Assembly (NCBI GenBank): GCA_013265495.1
Contig: MU058669.1
Location: forward strand, 1,435,880-1,499,879
Source: Vicugna vicugna
Lineage: Eukaryota
DNA: 64,000 nt
Reading direction: 5' to 3'
Under the pieces are notes generated by a model. The model had not been told where the DNA came from and ran no database searches. It worked only from the letters and a program-made list of their open reading frames with translations. The position numbers and the translations under genes are program-made. Of the stretch, positions 12,720 through 24,745 are shown in pieces. Within the stretch, counting starts at the first letter, position 1; each line of letters starts with the position of its first letter.

Positions 12720-13100
12720 AATGCTTATATTAACAGGAAGAAGGCTTCATGAAGAAGGTGGCATTTGAGATGTTGCTGAAGATGAATAGGCTTTTATTGG
12801 GAGACAATGGCCAGGACTGTCCACCCAAGGAGAGGCATGAGCTAAAATACAGGAAGGCAGTAGTTCCAGGAGAAGATGCAGTGGTGTTCGTAGGAGGAAC
12901 AGGTGTGTGAGGAAAGACTAGGGATCAAAGGCTAAAAGCTAGTTTGGACCTTGATACTAAGCGGTCTTGAATCACAGGTTAAAGCATTTGAACATTTTCC
13001 TATAGGCATTGGGAAATGATGGAAAGTCTATGATAAAAGCCATGGTGTGTTCATATCTCTGTTTCGAGAAGAGTGAGACTGCAAGATAATACATTCTGAC
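12720..13100 (-). mobile_element. L2 LINE fragment
   Basis: ggaagaaggcttcatgaagaaggtggcatttgagatg...gaagatgaatagg; cctataggcattgggaaatgatggaaag. Confidence 0.75.
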
Positions 13101-13269
13101 CATCCTCGAGCTGTGTTCGCAGCCCCAGTGGAGCTTCGGGATAGTGTCAGTGACCTGTCTGTGAGAAACCCCAACACTGGCCATGCTCTCCAGTTTGACT
13201 GTGGTTTTGTCCTCCAAGGGCTGTCAGGAGAGTTTCCATAAAAGTCTGCTGCTCCAGCCTATGATCACT

Positions 13270-14140
13270 AATTCATTCGTAGGTTCGTTCATGTACTAAT
13301 TCCCTAGCTTGTTCATTGCTGTGATTATTCATTCACTGACATTTATCAGGCAACGATTCGACGTCAGATGCTGTGCTATGTATTATAATTCAAAATTGAA
13401 CGACATACAGCCCCTGCTCTCTGATGTCTCACTGTGCCATAGCAGAGCTAGACAGACGTTCCAGCTGATAGTGGCAATAAAATGTGGTAAGTGTAATTAG
13501 AGAAGTGTGCCAAGAGCATGGGACCAGTCAACTTTGAGGAGTATCAGAGGGTATGTCATGACTGAGAAGTTTCTTTGAAAGTGGAAAGTAAACATATCAG
13601 TTAGATGTGGCTCTACCCTCATGAGGCTTAAAGTGTAGTGTGGAGACTGGCCTTCATTAAGTCATCACCTGCAGGGTAGTTGCACATTGTATGTAATGAG
13701 AGGACAGGACCACAGAGCTATGAGTGAGATTCCCCGAGACTGTAGTTGTGTGGGGAGCAGAGAAGGGAAGGAGGGAGGGCAATTACTGAATAGGGTAGAA
13801 TGAGAAGGGAAAGCAGTGGCCAGAGTGGAGGGTAGTTTCCCCCCAGGAATAGAAAAATGGACTTTATCCTAAAGGCATGGGAAATCACAGATGAAATTTA
13901 AGCAGGGAAGAGGCATGCTTAGTTGTGAATATTTGAGATACTTCATTTGCATGACAATTTATAGAACTGGTTTGAGGCAGGTGAGACTGGAGACAGACTA
14001 ACTAGCAGGCTCTTCCCAGATCCCTCGTGAGAGATAAGAGTAGCCTAACACCAGGACCGTGGGAAGGGAGAGAAGGTTAAAGGAGAATTCGATGTCAAAG
14101 GAGGAGAAACAGCAGGACTTGTTGGCCAGCTGGCTTTACC
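13270..14140 (-). mobile_element. L2 LINE fragments including 3' tail
   Basis: attcattcactgacatttatcagg tail; tggactttatcctaaaggcatgggaaatcacagatgaaatttaagcagggaag. Confidence 0.75.
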
Positions 14141-14351
14141 GCAGAATTCCTCGAGGCGTGACTGAGAATCCAATTGCATTAGAAGCCCCACCCTAGAGAG
14201 ACAGAATCAGATTCCCAGTGCATTTTAGCCACTTCCTCCCGCCTCCAACCAGCTGACTGGGAAATAGAAAACATTTGACATCCACTGCTGTCAGGGACAT
14301 GGAGCTTCCCTGGAGGATGATCCGGACTTAGGATCTGGAAGATGGGAGTGT

Positions 14352-14540
14352 GATTGGTTTCCAAACTTGAACGTGCTCACGGATCCCCTGGGGCATTTGT
14401 TATAATGCAGACACCCACGCTGTGCTCCCAGAGATTGTGTTTTCCTCTGGGCTGGATGTGGGTCTGGGAAATCCCATTCACAAGTGGTTACCACAGGTAA
14501 TTCCAAGCAAGAAGTGTCATTTGAAGAGAATTCAGGGCTA
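14352..14540. mobile_element. MER5A-like MITE
   Basis: ggtttccaaacttgaacgtgctcacggatcccctggggcatttgttataatgcagac...cccagagattg...caggtaattc. Confidence 0.75.
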
Positions 14541-15971
14541 GACCACTGACCTAGCTCAGCTCACCATTTTGCCCCTTCTCCCTGCTTCCAGCCATTTCAC
14601 ACTCTTTGCTGATGCAAATACTAAGAAAGGAAACCACAGTGGAAGCGTTTTCCCTCTGAGTTCTTTTTTGTTGTTGTTTTCATCTCTCTCACACACTGTA
14701 CTCTGAGCCCTTTGAGTGCAGGGACTAGGTCTTTCTCACTCCCAGCTTAAATACCACACAGTGATGTGCACATAATGGGCAAATTTGTTATACAAAATTC
14801 CCACATGGAAAAATTCCACCAGGGAAAGCAAAGTGCCATAAGAGAGAAATTATTTAAACAGTCCACACTGATGAGCAGCTTTAGAGTTTTAGAGAAGGTC
14901 ACTAATGAATGTAATATTTGCTCTGTAAACAGCTGTGTTCAGATTCATCGCTACCCCATGTGACATTTAATGAATGCTGGCTAAAACCGACATCAAGTAG
15001 TACTGTGGTAGGAACTTAGACTGAAGGTATCTTTCTAGACTCTGCAAAATTTTCATTGTAATCGTTCATATAACATACTGCTTGGCATGAGGCACTACAC
15101 TAATTTAAATTTACGCAACAGTATGGCCAGAATTCCAAAGTCAATGTCATGGCTGCCTGTCAGTTATAAAAGCCCTGACTTAGTGTTGTACCTCACTGGG
15201 ATAAATGGATTTTTTTTTTCAAACAGCTTGCATTGGAGGTCACATCTACCTTTCCGTTTTATCTCCCTTCCCCTCGAGAAAATATGACATAATCACACAC
15301 AAAACCTACTTGATGGTTAGATCAGAAAATACTTACTAGTGTGATCCGTAGCTTCCATTTCCTTTTTGTGATGCTTCTGGAAGCTGCAGAATCTGTTGTT
15401 CAATTAACTAAAGGTCAGACAGCTGTCAGCCCTTTCTCACTGTTCCCTCACTGTCAGTTCAGTGAGAGTGAGAAGAGCAGAAGCCCCCGGGAGGGGTGAG
15501 GACCACTGGAAATAGTCTCGAACGGGCAATGCGTGGCCACGTATCTGCACCGGCACAGAATCCCTGTGACTCACCACGCCCCGCCGGGCATGTAGGAATT
15601 GCACTTCCCATTAAGGTTTGGAGAGAACCAAAGATGAGTAGATAAAATAGTCAGGATGTCAGAGCCTTCACATTTAATCACAAAAGCAGCAACGAAGATT
15701 AGCCTGGAGACTAGGAACACCCACCAAGAAAATCCAAGTTTCTGGGTTCAGTTTCCATCTCTGTGACCTTGGTGAGACCAGTCTCAGCTGCTCCAGATCT
15801 GAGTATTGCAGGTTAATTTAGTCATTCAAAAAAAGTTCATTTATTCACTCATTCACTTATTCATTCATTCATCTCTTTGTTTATCTATCAATCGGGGGGG
15901 CTTAATATTCTGTAAGGGGAGGCTATCTGCCTTTGGTAATATTTGCAATCCACTCAGTTAACCCAGAAGGC

Positions 15972-16187
15972 AGGCACCTACACATTTGTTTTGTAAAGAG
16001 TGCTATAGTAAATATTTTAGGCTAGCAGTCGTATGCTCTCTGCTGCAGCTGTTTAAATACTTTACTATGTAAAGCAGCTATAGACAATGTGTCAACAAAT
16101 GGATGTGGATTTTGCTTGTGAAACTTTAGTTACACAAGCAGGTGGCAGGCCATACTTGACCTTGGTGCGGTAGCTGGCTGATTCCTG
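15972..16187. mobile_element. MER58A hAT-Charlie MITE
   Basis: tgtaaagagtgctatagtaaatattttaggct...aaagcagctatagacaat...acaaatggatgtgg...caggtggcaggcc...ctgattcctg. Confidence 0.85.
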
Positions 16188-16399
16188 AACTACAGCTATC
16201 CTGGACTTGATGCAAATATTCAGTATTTCAGAAAATTCCTGATTAAAGCTGCTATGAGTGGCTTCATAACCTGCAGTAGAAACACTACTACATCAGGGTA
16301 GCCCCAGAGGGGCCTTTTGCTAACTGTGTCTGAGGATAGTCACTCAACCTCTCAGTGCTCTTGAATCTCAACCTAGATTTCTTTTCTTGGAGTCAGAGG

Positions 16400-16710
16400 C
16401 CAAGGAGGACCTCGGCAGTGAATGGCCAAGAGGAGAGAGACTTAAACGCTCGTTACGGGGTGAGCAAGCACAGTCACAGTTGAGTGAAAGCCAAGGAATA
16501 ATGTGTGATCACTAAGATACGGATCAGTGCTACTCAAGACTTTACTCACAGCCAGGGTGCACAGGATGAACCTGATGTGCCTGCTCCTCAGCAAAAGAGC
16601 CAGTTTCTGTTGAAAGCACAAATCATGAGCAGTGCTCTTCAGCAAGCAAGGGAGCTGGAGAAGATGTAAGGTTACAGACTGGCTCTGGAACTTAGCTCTG
16701 TTTTGTAGGT
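16400..16710 (+). mobile_element. Ancient CR1/L3 ORF2 fragment (region after RT core)
   Basis: Degenerate collinear matches to CR1 peptides: EDLGSEWPRGERLK (~DLDRLEXWAXXNRMK), MNLMCLLLSKRAS (~MSQQCALAAKKAN), gtaaggttacagactgg (~VRPQLE). Confidence 0.5.
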
Positions 16711-17089
16711 TCAGTGGAAGAGTGTAATAAGCAAAAGCTCTTTCATAATCATAGCACTCATTCACTTGAACAGGGCCCTGGCAATTATCAAAGCAACCCT
16801 TCCTGCGTTACCAAGAAGCTGTTCCCTGCGTGTCACTTGAGTGACTTCCTGGTGACTGTCCAATTAATCTATCTGTCACCACGATCCTGCTTTTGAGATC
16901 TGACCACTCTCTGCTTCCTAGATGACAAGTGGCTGAACCTAGTCCAGATGTCAGAAGCAGACATAGATTGCCCAATTTGTGTATGGATCAGTCAACACAG
17001 ATTCGTCGTGCATTATACTCTGTTCTCTGGGGAACGCAGCATTACCGCATGTCAGAACTCACTCAGTACTTTTCATCGTTTTGTATCTT

Positions 17090-17520
17090 AGGGAACAAAG
17101 CACTCACTGAGTGTCGGAATGCACGCAGAAGGAGATCTCCGGTTGTCCAAGGAGAGATCTGCATGCTAATTTCTGACCCAATCTAGAGGAGGAAAAGAGT
17201 TGACTTTTGCAGGTGGTTGGGAAAACTCAGAGGACAAAGTGAAAACTTTATACATAAAACTGAAGGGTTCCTCATCAAGTTATGAGGGCAGAATACAGGG
17301 GCATGGAAAAGAGAAAAGCGTATTAAGGGGGCATGGAGCATAGACCATAAATGAAGGAGTCGAATGGGAAATGATTCTGGGAAAGTAGGTTAGGTTACAT
17401 TGGGAGGGGCCCCAGTTTATACCATGAAAGGCTTGTAGATTCTGTCCCTGCAGTGACAAAATTAGGTGATACAGAGAAGTGAAGCAAACTGAGGACGGGA
17501 GAGCCAGGGGAAGCAGGCAA
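17090..17520 (-). mobile_element. L2 LINE fragment (very degenerate)
   Basis: aggttacattgggaggggccccagtttataccatgaaaggcttgtagattctgtccctgcagtgaca. Confidence 0.5.
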
Positions 17521-18499
17521 GAAAGAAAGCGAGTGGCCGAGGACACTGCTGCTGCTGCTGGTAAGCATCATCTGGCTTCGGTTCAGGGACATGTTGTGCC
17601 CCGTAGATGTGCGCTCAGTGTTGCTCATCATTTAGGTTTTCAGGATGAGCAGAAGATCTGAGATTTCATGTGAAATAAGCTACATGTTAAGGCTGGCCCA
17701 ACTAAACATTTTTTAACCACTGTGTGAAGAAAATAACAGTAATGACAAAACCCCAAGGGTGTAAGTGCGTCATCAACTGAGGGCATGCTTGTAGCCAGGT
17801 TCCCAGGGAGCGCTGGGGAGCCCTTGACTGTTAGGAGTCTGGAAGGGACAGCACTTGGTGGGGACTGGGAGGGAGAGGCTTGAGAGCTGGTGTGAGGCTC
17901 TCAGGACAGTTCAGGTGGGGACAGAAGGAACTTGACCGTGGCTCCTGGAGGTGACAGGGGAAGGAGCGGGTAGAGGCAGTGCCATGCACGCTGCAGAGGA
18001 AGGTGCAGTAGGATGCTATCCCTCTCAGGGAGCCGAGAGATACCCTGTGTTCTGTTTTTCCCCATCGAACAGCCCTGCCTGTGTTTTGCCCTGTGTATGG
18101 CACATCCTCAGTTGACCTTTCTCTGGGCTGCTAGTGTATTTTGATTGCTTTGCTATTATTTCTTTCCCAGTTTAACACTTCCTTTCTCCCTCCAGGTATA
18201 CTTGAATGCATGTCCAAGTAAAGGTTGTTAATCTTTAAATTTGCCAAATAGGAACTCATCTCGAGTCCTATTTTGGCATGTTTTTTTTTTTTCTCCTACA
18301 TTTTTAATTAAGATCAAGGGCTTGCGACTAAATTAATTGGGAGATAAGTTAATCACAGGAAAATGCAATACTTTGGAAGAAGAATCGTCTCCTTACTTCC
18401 TCTCCATGTGCTGGCGCTCTTCTCTTGGAAGAAAACTTTCCAAACCACTACAGCACATAATAATCCTTTATTCATTCATTCTCATTATTCTGAAAGTTT

Positions 18500-19430
18500 C
18501 CATGGTATAGTTCATTGTCAGAATGTAGAGATGCACTGTGTGTTCTGATTAAGATTCTGTGCTGATTAAAAGATTGTATGCTGATTAAAATAATGTTATT
18601 TCCGAAAAAATACAAAACAAATTTAATATCCCGACTGCTCTGGATGTGTTTTAAGTGGCGTCTTCTATATATTGTTCCAAAATCTGAATTTTCTCATTTA
18701 ATAATTAATATGTGTGTGTGTGTACACACACCTGTATATATAGATGCATATAAAATTGCACTGGCACTTTTACTGGCTGCATAATATTCTACTGGACGAA
18801 TCTATGTGTTTATATCTACATAAATATAACTACAGTACTTTACTGCCTTCTTAGTGGCCATTTAGGTTGTTTCCAAATTTTCAAAAGTCTCATGTCAGTG
18901 AAGCAGACATCGTTTATCCTCATTTCTATGTCCTTATCCAGTAGTTTCCTCAAGATACAGAATTAAAATGGTTGTCTCAAAAGATTCTGTTTTTAAAGAT
19001 AACTGATAGACTTTCCATATCCATGTTGTCACATTTATGTCCGGCAGCAAATGGAAGGAAGTGTGGCTCCTTTCCTCTTCCCTCTAACCTTGGACGTTAG
19101 CAAACTTTGCAAGATTTAACTATCTGAGAGGTAGAATTTTGTCCCTTCAGTGTCTATAAAACTTACTAGTCATTTCTCTTATTTTGGGATTTAGATATTG
19201 ACTGATTTGTACTGACATTTAGAGATCTTGAAATCATTTGTCTTCTCTGCCCTGTTAGAATGTGAAGGCTTAGGTTGTCATTTCCACTGATAATAGTCAT
19301 CTCTGTTGTGGACACTCCTCTTTGTTTCTTTGTAGGACAATGCCCTTCCGGTCTTATTTCACCTGTCACCACCCTCCGCCCCCCAAACATTTAAGGAATT
19401 ATGATATCTTTTTAGAATAGGTTATTAACA
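18500..19430 (-). mobile_element. L1ME-type 3' fragment
   Basis: ggctgcataatattctactggacgaatc...tggccatttaggttgtttccaaatttt...cctcaagatacag. Confidence 0.6.
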
Positions 19431-19562
19431 TTTTTTTAAATCTCCAGAGCAGCAAACATTTATTAATAGCCTACTCTTAATTTTACATTCCTGCTGGAAA
19501 AAGCCTCTGTCAGCCCTACTAATGAAATACATGATAAACACGCAAAGGTAGCCAAGGTCTCG

Positions 19563-19881
19563 GGTACACTGACCAGCATGGCAGCCAGCAGTCACATGCA
19601 TCTGCTGAGCGTTTCAGTGATGGCTAAGTCTGCATGGAAATACACTGTAAATGTGAAATGCACATTGACTTTGTAGACTCAGAAATAAATAGCCCACATG
19701 TACTTTTATATTGATTGCATTTTGAAGTGATAATATTGTAGATATACTGGATTAAGTATAATATGCTAATTCATTCCTCCAGCCTCTAACCTTTTTAATG
19801 TGGCTACTAGAAAATTGTAAATAACATGGGGGCTCGCACGTGTTGATTCCCATTCTATTTCTGTTGAATGGTGCTGCTCTA
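19563..19881. mobile_element. MER33 hAT-Charlie MITE
   Basis: gcagccagcagtcacatg...tatattgattgcattttgaagtgataatattgtagatatactgg...tttttaatgtggctactagaaaattgtaaataacat...tttctgttgaatggtgctgctctag. Confidence 0.85.
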
Positions 19882-20829
19882 GGGATTTTTACAATATAAA
19901 TATTAGGACCATAAGAGGCCAGCCCGGAGTGTCCTATCAGATGGCCTTCCGGTCAGAATTTTTTTATTCTTTTTCAACAAGAAAGAGCAAAGCCTCCAGA
20001 TACCGTTGTCATAGTGGCTGGTGTCTGTCTTGTCTTTCATCCAGGGGAGCCTTGATGAAGGGAAACCGCTTCAACCAGAATAGCCGATAGTCCCTTTGGA
20101 ATGAAGCTTCTATTGAAAGGGAAAGATAAATTGAGATAGTTTTGACTTTGAACAACTGCTCATGTCACCAGAAAGCCACAGTCACTGTGAAAGCTGTCAG
20201 CTGGCTACAGAAAGACGGTGAATCACTTGTCTCCTCAAAACTTTGGGTCTTGCAGCATCCTAAATGCAACAGAGAACTGATGGAAGAAAACCTGGGCTGA
20301 GCTATGAGGAGGGAGCTTCATCTGGTCCCCTGGTTCTTCACTCTGTGGGAGCAAAGGAAAGAGAATGCCTGTTCACATGGGGTTCTGATGATCTTCTCTG
20401 GTAATGACATTTCTACAGTGGAAAGTGGCCCCTCTCCCATTAAAATGAACAATGCCAGCACTCTGCAGTTGGCTTTGTCATTTTGCACATGAGATAAATG
20501 GTTTAGAGTAACGAAATAAGTGGCCCCGGGCCTTAGAATGAAAGTATGTGTTAAACCAAATTCGGGTCTTCACATTTACGGTGCAAAGCTCCTTTATATC
20601 AATTTCAGCCGCCCATCACCGTCCTTTTAAGACTTGTATGTCTTAGCTTTCCCCCCAACAGAGTTAATTCTAATTTCTCCTAGAATGAGCTTAATCAGTT
20701 GGCTCTAGCCAAAGCCTGTTCTGTACTAAATATTTTAAACTCAGTTCTCTTTCCTGTCTAACTAAGCTGCTTTCCTCTCTCCCTAATAATTTGAATTTAT
20801 ATTCTTATTTTTATTGTTTTTGTTTTTCT

Positions 20830-21150
20830 GTTGTTGTGTATCCATTGGGAGTGGCAAGGATATAGCTGGAGCTCATCAAAATCAGAGTGGGTCTGAAACC
20901 CACCCCCCCTTTACATACTGGAAGGTGACAGGTACTTATGTACCACACATCCAGATCTCCCTGAATGTATGGAGTATGTGGCTGTCTACAAGTATCATTG
21001 GAGGATATGGAGAAGGTCATTTGTCGCATGGATCTTCTATAGAAATGCTGCATTTGGGGAAAAAAATCCCACTAAAACAGAAGTGCCAATGAAATTACTG
21101 TATTGGCCATAAGTTATTTTATGTAGTCTTCCTTTGTCACAGTCAGTGAA
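20830..21150 (+). mobile_element. Ancient CR1 ORF2 C-terminal fragment
   Basis: GKDIA (~KKDI), IKIRVGLKPTP (~TKMIRGLEHLP), EDMEKVICRMDLL*K (~GDMIEVYKIMNGLEK), tcccactaaaacagaagtgccaatgaaatta (~SHNTRTRGHPMKL). Confidence 0.6.
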
Positions 21151-22354
21151 TTTTTTGTTTTTTTTCTACCATCTCCACACCTACCAAGTATGGATTGACT
21201 TTGTACCATGCGTATTATTTTGCTGTTCTAAGAGAGGTATATATACATGACAAGCCCCTCCAGTCCAGGGTCTTAGAGTAGAGTTCCGATTCTCATGTGA
21301 AGAGAGTCAGAATTTTGAGAGAAGGTAGTGGATTTCGGGCTCTGGGAAACTGAGCTGGGTGGGATACTGCCGTCAAGGAAAACCTTGGCCATCCGTGGGG
21401 TGGCATGTGGCCTGAGAGCCCTGGTCGAAATGATGAGTAAGTGCTGGAGACGGGGGAAGGCAGAAAGGATGCAGGATGATCAGCATCCCTTCCTTCCTGC
21501 CCTGGGAAACAGTAGTCCGTAAAAGAAGAGACAGGTGTCCAAGCTGCACAATCTGAGGGATCCGCCAGACCCTGTGTCTTTGGATTTTGCAGAGGAAACT
21601 GTTCACCATGTTCTAGTAATCTGGGAGAAGTTTGTCTCGGTTAGATAAGAGAAACTTTGACGCAGAGAAATGATTTTGTCCTCTCCTCAATTTGCATATT
21701 CTTTGAAACGTAGAAACATAAGGCTTAGCAAACCCTGGATTAGGAAAACAAAGTCCCTTCATCTCTCAGTAAACAGCCATTTCCTGTAACAAGTCTGATT
21801 CCTTCCCCAGATGCTTGGAATTTGCAAGCCTGGTGAGTCTATTTCTAGAATTGTTCATAATAGGCCTCTCTTTCCTCATTTCCTCCTCCTTTCTTTCTTC
21901 TCCCTTTTGAGTATACAGTTGCTACTTTCTAGCTCGATTCTCCATCTCAGAGGAAGCCAATGCCATGACAGAAAAATACTAAAATACTGCTGAATGTTAA
22001 GACTCAGCTAAATAGTGCTCTTTGGAAAGTCTGCAATCCATTATTTGGAAAACAGTGTTTAACGTGCACTTGTTTACGAGTCATGGAAGCTGTGAAAGAA
22101 GATTGAGTGTTCATACCTTGCAGTTTTGCCTACTTGTCAGATAGAAGCAGCCACTTAAACAATTGCTTGAGGTCAGAAGTCATAGAAAGATGTGGTTCTT
22201 AGCTGAGTGGTGTGGTCTGAACCGGCAGCTTTCCGTTCCTTAGCCTGTTTCTCCATTTGTGGCCTCAAAGACTTATTCTGCTTTAGTTTTGATGATCTCT
22301 TATCTATTGAGATAATAAAATGATGTAATATACATATTGAGCCCTTAGGCTCAA

Positions 22355-22724
22355 TTTATTTTTTTTTTTATTGAAATATGGTCAGTTTACGGTGTGTCAA
22401 TTTCTGGTGTACAGCATAGTGAGTCATTTGTACATAAATACTCGTTTTCATATTCTTTTCCATTATAAGCTGTTACAAGGTGGTGAATATCGTTCCCTGT
22501 GCTGTACTGTTTATCTGCTTTTTATATATAGCTGTTAGTACCTGCAAATCCCGAACTCCCAATTTATCCCTCCACCTCCTCCCCGCCCGGTAACCACAAG
22601 TTTGTTTTCTATGTCTGTGAGTCTGTTTCTGTTTTGTAAATAAGCTCATTTGTCTCAGTTCTTAGATTCCACATGTAAGTGAGATCATACGGTATTTTTC
22701 TTTCTCTTTCTGGCTCACTTCACT
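22355..22724 (-). mobile_element. Lineage-specific (camelid-like) L1 3' stub
   Basis: T-tail then attgaaatatggtcagtttac...ggtaaccacaagtttgttttctatgtctgtgagtctgtttctg...agattccacatgtaagtgagatcatacggt; inserted in a MIR. Confidence 0.9.
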
Positions 22725-22870
22725 CTGGTTTAATTCTTACAAGCTCCTCTACGAAGTTAGGTGATACTTCTCTCCTCAGAAATACTGCTGTCCTTTTACA
22801 GAAAAGGAAACTGTGGCCCAAAGACATGGGAGCTGGTACTTGAACTCAGGCAGTTGGACTCTGGAGCTGA
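22725..22870 (-). mobile_element. MIR SINE fragment
   Basis: ccttttacagaaaaggaaactgtggcccaaag...ggagctggtacttgaactcaggcagttggactctggagc. Confidence 0.75.
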
Positions 22871-23299
22871 ATTCTAGGCAACCATTTTTTTCCCTGTACA
22901 ATCTGTTGCTTGATTGTATGCTAAAGATGTAACAACATTCACCATGCAGAAAGTGAGACTGAAGGTAGAAAAAGTTTGCTGTAGTTTTCCAACTTGAGGT
23001 TCTAAAATACAGACTTGAGACTGTGGGGGCTGTTTGTGCAGACAAAGAGGAAGAGCGCCAGGCTTTCAGGGCAGGCGAGCCAAGGGAGGTGTGTGTCAGG
23101 AGTGAGCGGAATGAGGCCGGGCGGTGTACAGTGGCTAGTTTGGCCTGCTTAGGGAGTCTGTGGATAGATGGGATTGAAAGGTGATCTCACTGGCTCACGG
23201 ATGGCATCCAGTATTGTGCTCAGTGAACAGAAAGAAATGTACTTGTTCAACAGACATTCATAGAATGAAACACACGTATTTCCACAAGTACATAACCTA

Positions 23300-23620
23300 A
23301 TGCAGAATGAGTGTTCCCTTTGGGTTTGAATTGTGGCTCTCCTAATTGCCAGTTCTTTGCCTTGAGTGGATGATTTAACATCTCTGGACTTTAGTTTTTC
23401 ACCTATGAAATGGGAATAATGATACATACTATATATGTATCATCATTATCTTGTGAGAATTCAAAGTCGTGTCTCAGTGGTACTTCCAAATGGAGCAGAT
23501 GATACTCTCCAGCTGCACCAATGATATTATTGCTTGAATTTAAAGACGATACGTATAAAACCTCTGGTACAAGGCCTAGCGCTTTTTAACATTGCATAAA
23601 TGTCGACGCTTTTTGCTACT
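23300..23620 (+). mobile_element. MIR SINE
   Basis: tgggtttgaattgtggctct...atttaacatctctggactttagtttttcacctatgaaatgggaataat. Confidence 0.75.
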
Positions 23621-23639
23621 ACTTCTTTCATAAGACAGC

Positions 23640-24090
23640 CACTGGGCCTCCAAGTGCTGGTAATCTAGTACAAAGAAAAACCAGACACAGTTCACGAAAA
23701 GGCAGTGTAATTATCATAGAGATAGGATCCAGTACACTGTCATCATCAATAAAAAAGATACCGTAGTTGGCCAAGAGAATGTGGATGATCAGGGAAAGCT
23801 TTATAGAGACAGCCATATTTAGGAAAAACGTCTTAAAAATACAGAAGAATTAGACCAGATGATGGGTTTTGACAGTCGGGGAGCCCAAGCAGGAAGATCC
23901 TGGAGATCGTGGAGCAGTACCTGGAGACAAACTAGAAGTGATTGTCTGAGATGGGACATGAGAAGGGGGAGTGGCCAGAGACGTGGATGGGGAAGCAGGC
24001 AGCCACCAGGTCAGGCTGGGCCTTGTAGGTCATGTGAAGCCATTTAAAGTTCCATCCAGAACATAACAGGGCAACAGCATCTGACTGACA
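23640..24090 (-). mobile_element. L2 LINE fragment
   Basis: gatcagggaaagctttatagagacagccatattt; ggaagcaggcagccaccaggtcaggctgggccttgtaggtcatgtgaag. Confidence 0.65.
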
Positions 24091-24489
24091 GGATCATGAA
24101 AAGAAGACTTTGGAAATGTCAGGTAGTCCTAAGGGAGGGAGCTGCTTTGGGCCTTTTTGAAAATGCTAACTGAAGGCATGAGTCCTCTCCAAAGGTAGGT
24201 GGTGGGCTCCCGCCCGCAGCAGGGCATTAACGGTAACAGTCTTCACTCGGAATTCTGTTCTCTCCCAGATGAGAGACGACAGGCTCGGGCTCGGATCAGA
24301 GGAGGCAGAGAGGTACATGGTGGTAGTGTGTCAGGGCAGTGGTGAAGATTACAGCTTGACACAAAAGGTATTGAATCCAGCTGTCAGCAGGATACTTCCA
24401 AAAGGTCAGCCTTGGGAGTCACAGCATACACTGCTCACCTTGTCAAAAAAGAAGCTGATGTACGTGAAGACCCTATGATGAAATGAAAC

Positions 24490-24745
24490 AAACGTGGACT
24501 TCGGAGCTATACCCACTGGGGGGATCTGCCACTCTCTCGCTGCCTGTCTGCCTGCCCGCCCGCCCGCCCTCCTTCCCTCCATGCATATTTACTGAGCCCT
24601 TGCTGTGTAACCTTAGGTAGGTTACTCTGAGGCTTTTTCCTCACTTGCAAGTTGAGGATTCCTAATGCCTCCTTCAAAACCGAGAGTCAGATGACAATAT
24701 ATTTGAAAGCACTCAGTATGGTGCTAGTCACATGGTAGTTGCCGC
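24490..24745 (+). mobile_element. MIR SINE with low-complexity insert
   Basis: gctgtgtaaccttaggtaggttactctgaggctttttcctcacttgcaagttgagg...gaaagcactcagtatggtgctagtcacatggtag. Confidence 0.7.

Noticed and set aside
15480..15600. Local CpG enrichment (also ~24200-24300 and ~38900-39080)
   Set aside because: Too short and sparse for a CpG island or promoter; the last lies in a MER5A.
18165..18230. Strong polypyrimidine tract and ccag acceptor at ~18197
   Set aside because: No good donor follows (gtaaag, gttgtt) and no recognisable peptide.
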